From IMG/VR virus record IMGVR_UViG_3300022602_000028: a stretch of 64,000 bases of DNA; one strand, 5' to 3'. Below the pieces are notes generated by a model. It was not told where the DNA came from and did no database searches. It saw only the letters and a program-made list of their open reading frames with translations. The first letter of the stretch is position 1. Every line of letters starts with the position of its first letter. This stretch comes from a virus. Positions 56,715-63,968 of this stretch are shown here, in pieces. A program made the translations under genes and the position numbers.

Positions 56715-57229
56715 GCAGCTGGGGTTGCTGTAGTATCCTTGTCTGCGGGTGTATCTGTTGTCGCTGTAGCATCAGGTGTATCTGTACTAGCGTCTGTACT
56801 AGCACCATCTAATGGCTTGTGTTCGCCATTAGGATGAATACCCTGATTGTGTGGAATATTCAAGTGTTGATTATCCAGTGGTGATATAATATCAGGAATA
56901 CGCTGGGCAATTTGATGCGGTTTAGCAGTATGCTGGAATGTATCACTGTGACGTTGGAACAAGTCCAAGTCGTCAGCTATGGCTAGGATAGCGTTCATGT
57001 CAGCTTCAATACCTTTACGGGTAAAATCAGCTTGGCAACTGTCAATCCATTCTTGACGAATTTCATCAGAATCTTTTTGATTGTGATGATGTAGATCTAC
57101 TTGACGTAGGTGCTTTTGGCATATATCTTGTAGGGCTGTAGTGTAAAAAGGCAAACTGTGTAGTCTACCTGGAAACTCAGCCACACGTTGATGGAATCGT
57201 GGTGTATCAATTGTTAAATGTGGATCCAT
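56711..57229 (-). CDS. Hypothetical protein
   Basis: 172 aa, AGGAG SD, low-complexity Thr/Asp tail. Confidence 0.6.
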   Translation of the reverse strand: MDPHLTIDTPRFHQRVAEFPGRLHSLPFYTTALQDICQKHLRQVDLHHHNQKDSDEIRQEWIDSCQADFTRKGIEADMNAILAIADDLDLFQRHSDTFQHTAKPHQIAQRIPDIISPLDNQHLNIPHNQGIHPNGEHKPLDGASTDASTDTPDATATTDTPADKDTTATPAA

Positions 57230-57319
57230 TAAAATCTATCTCCTTGGTAGCATAATATGTTATTATTTATGCCGTTAGTCTTGGAGTCGGGCATGATAAA
57301 TATTGTTTTAGGACACGAG

Positions 57320-58237
57320 ATGGCCATTTTTACCGCTAGTCAAGCTACCACAGCCGTTCAACAATTAGTCAGCACTACAGCGGCACAAGCCTATGCCAAT
57401 CTCATTGCGAACTATCAGGGCATATTTGATCTCATAGCAGAGCAAAGTCAACTGGGGCTAGTTTCCATCACTTGGAGCATGAGCCTTACGGACTACAACT
57501 TGATCCAGCCCGTACTGGTAGCCAATGGTTATACAGTCAGCACATGGCCCAGTGGGTTAACAGGCACTACACACAGCACGGTCACTATCAGTTGGCCTAG
57601 TGCGCCTGTTCAAGTGACTAGTTACCCGCAGATTAGTCAAATAACTCCCGCTAGTATATCGGGCACACAAAACGTATATTTCAGTGCAGTATTCCAAGCA
57701 GTGGGCGGAACTGCACCTTATACATATACTATTACGGGCACAATCCCCCAAGGATTAGCTTGGAGCACTTTGACCAATGTTAGTCAAATAACCCTATCAG
57801 GAACACCCACACAAGCAGGAGTAGAGTATTCAGGATTTACAATCACTGCTAGGGATGCTAATGCACAGACCGCGAGCCAAACAGTCAACTGGGAAATACT
57901 ATTAAGTACTCAGTTAACTGTAGCAACACAGTCAGCAGGAGCTGAATCTCTAGTATACACACCCAGCACGGGCGTATTGTCATTTACTCCGTATCTCTTG
58001 CCCACAAGTACAACAACGACCTTGGGCGGAGTTAAGATTGATAATACCAGTATAACAGTAAACGGACAGGGTCAAATACAGTATCAATTGCCCACAGCTA
58101 CAACAGCAACCTTGGGCGCAGTACGTGTGGACGGCACTAGTATACAAGCACAATCGGGCGTTATTAGTCTAGTACAGACTACTTTGGACACTAGAATACG
58201 TGCAATCAGCGCGGCGTTCAGTGTAGCTATGACCTAA
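57320..58237 (+). CDS. Structural protein with putative Ig (He_PIG-like) domain and fibre repeats
   Basis: Start moved to 57320 (TAAATA plus AGGA SD). GGTAPYTYTITGTIPQGL...LSGTPT; two LPTxTTxTLGxVx(I/V)D repeats. Confidence 0.65.
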   Translation: MAIFTASQATTAVQQLVSTTAAQAYANLIANYQGIFDLIAEQSQLGLVSITWSMSLTDYNLIQPVLVANGYTVSTWPSGLTGTTHSTVTISWPSAPVQVTSYPQISQITPASISGTQNVYFSAVFQAVGGTAPYTYTITGTIPQGLAWSTLTNVSQITLSGTPTQAGVEYSGFTITARDANAQTASQTVNWEILLSTQLTVATQSAGAESLVYTPSTGVLSFTPYLLPTSTTTTLGGVKIDNTSITVNGQGQIQYQLPTATTATLGAVRVDGTSIQAQSGVISLVQTTLDTRIRAISAAFSVAMT

Positions 58238-58331
58238 GCGAAGCGCCGGAAAAATTTTAAATTTGCGAAGCAGAGCGGAAAAAAATTACACTAGCTACGA
58301 AGTAGCAAGCGGTAAAACGCGAACTAGCGTT
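58238..58331 (+). other. Cluster of C(GAA)G mini-hairpins and A-tracts
   Basis: GC-GAA-GC 58238-58244; TGC-GAA-GCA 58264-58272; GCTAC-GAA-GTAGC 58294-58306; AACGC-GAACTA-GCGTT 58316-58331. Confidence 0.6.
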
Positions 58332-58359
58332 AGTGCGTAGGACGCCAGATAAATACACC

Positions 58360-59241
58360 ATGAGAGCACAAGAATTTATTATACGAGAAACAGAAGCGGC
58401 TAGACCCACGTACAAGCCCACCATGGACACAGCCAGCACCTTTAACATCAAAATACGTGACACCGGCCCGCAAGAAGGACAAATAGCCCCTGAAATCCTA
58501 GCACTAAAAGGCGTGGACAAGATGTATGATCTGGGCCGAGTTACTGGCCAATTTGTTAAAGATCTCATGAGAAAGTATCCACAAACTTTCCCAGGTGCAG
58601 ACAAGGAACCCAAACCAGGTGCTAAACCAGGCACAGCACAAGCGGGCGATTTGGATATCTACATGCGTGAAATCAGCTACAATAGACAAAACATACTCAA
58701 AGACCTAACCAGCAACAACGAATCAGCACACTTTGACAATAGATTCTTCTATCCTGGCAGACCTTTTGATGACGATGCACTACAGGGATTCCGTGGTGAT
58801 GAACGCACTGGCAGAGTGGAAAATACTGCCAAAAAGTTTGATCCCAAAGACATGACATTTTATCTACGTGCTTACAAATGGGCAGTGGACAATCAAGTGG
58901 TTCAGCCAGTGCCAGCTGAGCAATGGGCCATGATAGCACTAGTAGAAGGTCGTGATGACTTTGGTTTCAATGCTGGAAAATGGCAGGAAGAAGTTAGGAA
59001 GAATCCAGCCAGTGCCAACATGGATGAGAAAGTAAAAAGCATGGGTCTTATCAATACTGAACAGCGTTATTTTGTGTGCTTGCTAGCGGCCAAACAACGA
59101 CTACAGAAAGGTGGCATGCCGTTTTATCAAGCGTGGAATGGCGGTACACAAAACTTGGGACGTTATCAAGCACAACAACTGGCCATAAAAGATCCCCGCA
59201 ATGCGCCCCTATTGGCGTTTATACACAGCGTAATAGGTTAA
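58360..59241 (+). CDS. Late protein with possible lysozyme-like/transglycosylase C-terminal domain
   Basis: Start moved to 58360 (TAAATA-CACC-ATG). WAMIALVEGRDDFG and FYQAWNGG resemble SLT motifs I and III. Confidence 0.45.
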   Translation: MRAQEFIIRETEAARPTYKPTMDTASTFNIKIRDTGPQEGQIAPEILALKGVDKMYDLGRVTGQFVKDLMRKYPQTFPGADKEPKPGAKPGTAQAGDLDIYMREISYNRQNILKDLTSNNESAHFDNRFFYPGRPFDDDALQGFRGDERTGRVENTAKKFDPKDMTFYLRAYKWAVDNQVVQPVPAEQWAMIALVEGRDDFGFNAGKWQEEVRKNPASANMDEKVKSMGLINTEQRYFVCLLAAKQRLQKGGMPFYQAWNGGTQNLGRYQAQQLAIKDPRNAPLLAFIHSVIG

Positions 59242-59344
59242 GCCAACTGAGAAAAGGTTCTAGCCTAGATTAAATTTTCTAGCGCAAAAAAATTTTGACC
59301 AGTACTTATAGTTCTCATGGGGTTGTTTTTAGGGTAAATACTCG

Positions 59345-59704
59345 ATGCGTATATATGAAATAACCCAACAAGATCCAGTATTTGGCGATCCAACACTAAT
59401 GGCTACACTAGCACTTTACTTGCCAAAAGACACTATACATGCACTGTACATGCAGAGTCCTTATACTCCGGGCAGTGGGAATGAACGTTGGCGTGGCAAG
59501 TATGATCAGATTGTTGCTAGCGTAAAGCCAGAATTGTCTAAAGACGATCCAAATATCCCACAGGTTATTAGAACTATAGACCGACAGATACCTATAATAG
59601 GTTTGCCCGCATGGATTAAACATGCTGTAGAACAAGCTGATCGGATGTATAAAGATAATAAGGACTCTAGTGTAGAGAATCCTAATTGGGGCATAGTCAA
59701 GTAA
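59345..59704 (+). CDS. Hypothetical late protein
   Basis: TAAATA-CTCG-ATG; MRIYEIT N-terminus. Confidence 0.6.
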   Translation: MRIYEITQQDPVFGDPTLMATLALYLPKDTIHALYMQSPYTPGSGNERWRGKYDQIVASVKPELSKDDPNIPQVIRTIDRQIPIIGLPAWIKHAVEQADRMYKDNKDSSVENPNWGIVK

Positions 59705-59891
59705 CAGTAGAGAATGGGTCCTAGGGGATCCGTTTAGATTGCCCGCGAAAATTTTAAAAGAAGTACTTTTCCTTTCAGGGTGGTGATTTCTAACCTATGG
59801 GCATGCGCTGTTGCAGTTTTACAACAATAAAATAAAATGCATGCCTCCCACCCTCCGACAAAATCTTTTTTCGATTACATGTCCCCCACCC

Positions 59892-59927
59892 AAAAAAAAT
59901 CCCCAAAGAGTATTAGTCTCTGGGGAT
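59892..59927 (-). terminator. Intrinsic terminator of the leftward early transcription unit
   Basis: Minus strand ATCCCCA-GAG...CTC-TT-TGGGGAT followed by T8. Confidence 0.6.
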
Positions 59928-59938
59928 CGAAAAAGGTC

Positions 59939-60000
59939 TTGCCGGGAGCGAATCGGGCTTATGGGACCTTTTAAGGGATGCTGTTGCCCGGAGCGAATCG
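59939..60000. repeat. Two 17-nt direct repeats (16/17 identical), 45 nt apart
   Basis: TTGCCGGGAGCGAATCG (59939-59955) and TTGCCCGGAGCGAATCG (59984-60000). Confidence 0.8.
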
Positions 60001-60038
60001 TTGGCAGCATCCCGTGGGCACTATCCTGTGCCCTTAGC

Positions 60039-60950
60039 TTACCTGTTGCGCATACACGTTACCTCTGCTACTGCTCTCCACTTGCCTGGCATGCTAGCCT
60101 TTAAGTCTGCTATCTTTAGCACAGTACGCAAGCTGAGCTCACGCAAGCGGCTGGTGTTCTCCTTAACAAAGTCCAGCACAAGCTCTTTGTCTAAGTCACT
60201 GAACTCGTATGCATCTAACATGCCATGCTCTCGGATTACCTGCTCAATACGTAGGAGCTTCTCACGCTCTGTATCAATAGTCAAGTCCAAGTAATGGCAA
60301 CGTGACTCCAATGCTTCCAAGTGATCCCTGAGCTTCTTGCTCTTAACGTGATCGAACTTGATGTTGGTAATAAAGATAGCGCCGCCTTTGAACTCGAATG
60401 AGTTGGGCACTCCTTCACTACGCAATAAGCGACTGTCAGTGTTCCAATGGATCATACGCTTCTTGCTCGTATCCAATGCGGCTTTGAGAATGTTCAAACT
60501 CAAGTCATCCATCAGTACGCTGTCACAGTCATCGAACACTAGGATGTTCTTCTTCTCACTGAAGTGATAGAGCTTACTGTAGAGTCCAATGGCACTCATA
60601 GCACCTTTGACCACTTCGTACTTCTTCAGCTTCTGATCATTAGCCACATCAGCGAAGACATCATGCTTTGATAACACCTTCTCAACACCAAAGCTCTTGC
60701 CAACACCTGGAGGGCCTGTCACAATCATAGCACGAACATCACCCTTCTTTACCGCACGAGTCATGTCGTCTAAGATCTCAAAACGCTCGCGTAGGCGTGT
60801 GAGGATTGATTCGTCTGACTCTTGTGCCAGTCTAGCTTCTTTTTCCTTAATTGCCTGTCCGTCCATGTCCAAACTGTAGACATCGACCTTGCTGGGTTTG
60901 GTTGCTGATTTACGTGTAGCCATAGTTTCTAAGTTAATTAGTCTGCTCAA
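60039..60950 (-). CDS. AAA+ ATPase
   Basis: Walker A GPPGVGKS, Walker B LVFDDCD, FITN sensor, ALESRC arginine finger; TTG start with AAGGAG SD (alternative ATG at 60923). Confidence 0.85.
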   Translation of the reverse strand: MSRLINLETMATRKSATKPSKVDVYSLDMDGQAIKEKEARLAQESDESILTRLRERFEILDDMTRAVKKGDVRAMIVTGPPGVGKSFGVEKVLSKHDVFADVANDQKLKKYEVVKGAMSAIGLYSKLYHFSEKKNILVFDDCDSVLMDDLSLNILKAALDTSKKRMIHWNTDSRLLRSEGVPNSFEFKGGAIFITNIKFDHVKSKKLRDHLEALESRCHYLDLTIDTEREKLLRIEQVIREHGMLDAYEFSDLDKELVLDFVKENTSRLRELSLRTVLKIADLKASMPGKWRAVAEVTCMRNR

Positions 60951-61019
60951 AGTTCGCTCCTTGTGAATTAATTAAGTGTTAATTATAACACGGAGTTGCC
61001 TCCGTGTCATGCGTTTTGG

Positions 61020-61340
61020 TTAGTCCAATCTACTGCCTGCATAAGCCTTCAAGCCCAGTGCCTGTAAGTAGGTAGCCAGGGCCTCTGCACCCGCTTCCTT
61101 AACACTCACTGACTGAGTAGGAATCTTTGCTGGATCCCAATAGCTAAGGCACTTGGGTTTGTAGTCCTTGCGGAAGCCGGCTTTGATAAGCTCTTTGGCC
61201 TGCTTGGAATTGGTTCTGTCTACGTAGACATCAACCCAACCAAAACCGCAAGCATCACGCTCGCCAATTTTATTGTACATCTCAACACCTGCGAGATGTG
61301 CTAGTACAAAACCTGCTTTGATTTGATCTGCTGTTACCAT
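61020..61340 (-). CDS. Early hypothetical protein
   Basis: 106 aa, own promoter and AAGGAG SD; DACGFGWV motif. Confidence 0.75.
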   Translation of the reverse strand: MVTADQIKAGFVLAHLAGVEMYNKIGERDACGFGWVDVYVDRTNSKQAKELIKAGFRKDYKPKCLSYWDPAKIPTQSVSVKEAGAEALATYLQALGLKAYAGSRLD

Positions 61341-61384
61341 AAGTATCGCTCCTTATTTGCTGTTGAAGTGTTAATTATACTGTC

Positions 61385-61570
61385 TTACTTACGAGTTGTC
61401 AAGCCGTTGATGCCTGCAAAGAACAAGCCCAAGCCCGCGAGGGCAATCACGGCCAATGTGAACAATTGACTGTCTGGGGCAGTGTCAATTGTGCCTGACA
61501 CTCCATAGACTAGAAAGAATCCTGTGACGGCTACGACTGTGTCGCAGACGGCATATAGTTTATCTGACAT
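61385..61570 (-). CDS. Early small membrane protein with two TM segments
   Basis: 61 aa, two hydrophobic stretches, own promoter and SD. Confidence 0.7.
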   Translation of the reverse strand: MSDKLYAVCDTVVAVTGFFLVYGVSGTIDTAPDSQLFTLAVIALAGLGLFFAGINGLTTRK

Positions 61571-61614
61571 AAGTTTCGCTCCTTATTTGCTGTTGATGTT
61601 AGTATTATACTCTC

Positions 61615-62316
61615 TTACTGGACTTCTGTCAACCGAATTACAAACCCTGAATAATCTTTCTTTGCAGGGCCTTTTGCCTTCAATCCCAGCATAATGCCCT
61701 TAGGGTCTAAGAAGCGCAGGTCAGTTTCGTCTGCTGACGGCACACCCTCTGGGATCCGATCGTAGACAGCAACCACTGACATACCTTGCAAGAGTGCTTC
61801 TGCGACATCACTATCGTTGTTCTCTGCCTTAGAGAACGTCAAGTGGTAGTTAGGATACATTTTAGTCTTACGACCGAGCACCTTAGTGTAGTCGTAGAAC
61901 TGTACATTAGGGAACATTTCAAAGATGTTCTGCCCTGGGATAGCATCGTACTTCTCCCAGCTCAAATCGCTCGTACCATTCAAGCGGAACACGGGAGTCA
62001 ATCCTTTACGCTCTGCGAACTTGATAGCCTTGCGGATGTCTGAGACAAGATCCAGCATGAAGTCTGCACGATTGTTGAAGAAGTATTGGGTCTTGCGAAT
62101 GCGAGCCTTTTGGATCATGTTAGTGTTCTCGCCTTTGCGGAACATGCCACCGCGTCCTGCTTTATTAAGGCAAGCGTCTGTACAACCTTTAGTTCGCTTG
62201 GGGCATACTTCGCGTCCGCTAAGATCAGCAGGTGCAAGGTGTAGGATGAATGATAGATAGCCAAGTTTCGTGCCCTTTTGGATTTTGGGATTCGCTGTAG
62301 ATAATAGTTTGAACAT
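61615..62316 (-). CDS. Gene product 88 (GP88)-like protein with Cys cluster
   Basis: VCPKRTKGCTDACL, FRLNGTSDL, FYDYTK, IMLGLKAKG. Confidence 0.75.
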   Translation of the reverse strand: MFKLLSTANPKIQKGTKLGYLSFILHLAPADLSGREVCPKRTKGCTDACLNKAGRGGMFRKGENTNMIQKARIRKTQYFFNNRADFMLDLVSDIRKAIKFAERKGLTPVFRLNGTSDLSWEKYDAIPGQNIFEMFPNVQFYDYTKVLGRKTKMYPNYHLTFSKAENNDSDVAEALLQGMSVVAVYDRIPEGVPSADETDLRFLDPKGIMLGLKAKGPAKKDYSGFVIRLTEVQ

Positions 62317-62380
62317 AGTTTTCGCTCCAAGTTCGTTGTTGATGTAAGTATTATACCCTCTTTTGGAGGGTATGTCAACC

Positions 62381-62590
62381 TTAGAGTTTAATTAACTCTG
62401 TTGAGCCAATGCTAGCGACTGTAGGGACGATGTTAGTGAAGCTGGCCTGTACAGGGCGAACTTGAGCACGAACAGTGCCTAGTTTCTCAACTACCCCAAT
62501 AACAAGACTACCGGCATTGTGATAGCTGACCATTGCTACACGATCGCCTACTTTGATCTCTTTACCTTGCATGTCTTTTAATTGTGTCAT
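62381..62590 (-). CDS. Early small protein, SH3/KOW-like
   Basis: Start moved to 62590 (SD GGAG); DMQGKEIKVGDRV...GVVEK. Confidence 0.65.
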   Translation of the reverse strand: MTQLKDMQGKEIKVGDRVAMVSYHNAGSLVIGVVEKLGTVRAQVRPVQASFTNIVPTVASIGSTELIKL

Positions 62591-62646
62591 TTTTCGCTCC
62601 TTATTTGCTGTTGATGTTAGTATTATAGCGCCGAAGCGCCATAATG

Positions 62647-62838
62647 TCAAGCACCTAGTGTATCGCTGATCACTAGATAGTCAACACCGCTGTAGGTTTC
62701 TACACCCACTTCGGCCGACGAAACTTCCATACCATACTCCATGTTCATGCTCATGTACACGGGTAGGGTAGGGTCTACTGTAGACAAGATACGGATCAAG
62801 TCTGCAACTCTTAGGGTGTCTGGTCTAATGTTTCTCAT
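62647..62838 (-). CDS. Early small hypothetical protein
   Basis: Start moved to 62838 (SD AGGAG); LRVADLIRILSTVDPTLPV. Confidence 0.65.
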   Translation of the reverse strand: MRNIRPDTLRVADLIRILSTVDPTLPVYMSMNMEYGMEVSSAEVGVETYSGVDYLVISDTLGA

Positions 62839-62917
62839 TGTCTGCTCCTTTTGTTTCTGTATGTATGTATTATAATGCCTTTTGGGCAGACAGTCAAATC
62901 CCATTCACTTTGGAGGG

Positions 62918-63148
62918 TTAATCGTAGTCTTTCTTGCCGCCAAACTGCTCGTTCCATTGATAGCCTGCTAGGTAGGCTTGGACTTCTTGTGGGCTCATTT
63001 GAGCTTCGTTGATACGCTCGCTAGAGCCGGTGTCGCCGATGTAGAAGTGAGGGCTACGGGGACGATGATACCAACTGTCTGCACTGCCTCTATCAAAGGC
63101 TCCACCATGTCGTTGATCATAGTTCTCTCTTGTTTCTAATGTAATCAT
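62918..63148 (-). CDS. Early hypothetical protein
   Basis: RHGGAFDRGSADSWY...AYLAGY; AAGGAG SD. Confidence 0.7.
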   Translation of the reverse strand: MITLETRENYDQRHGGAFDRGSADSWYHRPRSPHFYIGDTGSSERINEAQMSPQEVQAYLAGYQWNEQFGGKKDYD

Positions 63149-63516
63149 ACCATCTCCTTAAAATAACCATAGGGCAAGCCCTGAGTGAAACAGAAATACT
63201 CGTAGTCGCCATTGGCGCCTTCAGCATCCATCAACCATGCAATCACTCGCTGACGGTTGGTGCTGGTGTGCATAAGATTAGCCACACGATCTTCAAATGC
63301 CACAATAGCACGAGCCTCACTGGCCAATTGCTCTTTGTAGTTGGCTTCGATAGTCCGACTCAACTGAACGAACTCAGCTTCAAACTCTGCTTCAGTCCAG
63401 TTGGTAGTATCAATGCCGCGTGGGCGAACGCCATAGGCATCCTTGTACATATCCCAGTATTGGCAGGCATACTGTTCCAGAGTGCTCATCTCTTCCCAAC
63501 TTTTGAATTCGCTCAT
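63145..63516 (-). CDS. Early hypothetical protein
   Basis: 123 aa; YWDMYKDAYGVRPR; own promoter and SD. Confidence 0.75.
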   Translation of the reverse strand: MSEFKSWEEMSTLEQYACQYWDMYKDAYGVRPRGIDTTNWTEAEFEAEFVQLSRTIEANYKEQLASEARAIVAFEDRVANLMHTSTNRQRVIAWLMDAEGANGDYEYFCFTQGLPYGYFKEMV

Positions 63517-63580
63517 TTAGTGCTCCTTTTGTGTCTGTATGTGTCTATTATACTGTATTTTGGCTAGGATGTCAAAGACC

Positions 63581-63781
63581 CTAGGATCTGCCAGGGCTTT
63601 GACTCCAACGGGCGTCATTCTCTATACGAGCACAGGCCACGACCTCGTCGAACATACGCATGAACTCTTCGCTCATATGGCCTTCTCTACGCATGAAGTC
63701 TGCCATCATTTCCATTTCGGAAACGACACGGCTAGTATGGGTTACGACTTCTCTCCATTGTTCTGTTTCGAAACTTGCCAT
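63581..63781 (-). CDS. Early small hypothetical protein
   Basis: 66 aa with own promoter and AAGGAG SD. Confidence 0.65.
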   Translation of the reverse strand: MASFETEQWREVVTHTSRVVSEMEMMADFMRREGHMSEEFMRMFDEVVACARIENDARWSQSPGRS

Positions 63782-63942
63782 GATCTGCTCCTTGTTGCTA
63801 TGTCATAATTATAGCAAGGTTCAACCAAAATGTCAATAACCATACGGATAGAAAGGATATTATTTGTATGGGCACCGGTGCCGTCCATCCCGTCGCCTTC
63901 GAAGTTTGATTATAAGGCCTTTCGAACTTTCAGTCAAGACGA

Positions 63943-63968
63943 AAGGTGTTGCGTTTCCACAACACCTT
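63943..63968 (-). terminator. GAAA-tetraloop hairpin just upstream of the last promoter
   Basis: Minus strand AAGGTGTTGTG-GAAA-CGCAACACCTT, 11 bp with one G.U. Confidence 0.55.

Larger units (their letters stand above)
61574..62627 (-). repeat. Dispersed promoter-leader-SD cassette repeat
   Basis: 36 nt identical at 61574-61609 and 62592-62627; the 20-nt core CGCTCCTTATTTGCTGTTGA also occurs at 61347-61366. Confidence 0.9.
60982..63937 (-). promoter_or_regulatory. Array of nine consensus sigma70 early promoters, all with TATAAT and 17-bp spacers
   Basis: -10/-35 spans: 60982-61010 (ATGACA), 61374-61402, 61604-61632, 62350-62378, 62622-62650, 62869-62897 (TTGACT), 63547-63575, 63808-63836, 63909-63937 (TTGACT); the rest are TTGACA. 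Confidence 0.9.

Noticed and set aside
61347-62627. Recurring 20-36 nt repeats as a possible CRISPR array
   Set aside because: They are separated by whole genes of 200-1000 nt, contain -10 and SD elements, and no cas genes are present; they are promoter-leader cassettes.
610-63808. Many short antisense or alternative-frame ORFs in the track (e.g. 610..963-, 14173..14664-, 24386..24799-, 39107..39466-, 58257..58634-, 59811..60104+, 61925..62260+)
   Set aside because: They lie within well-supported genes on the opposite strand or frame, lack SD or promoter, and reflect codon bias of Thr/Ser/Gly-rich or GC-richer genes.
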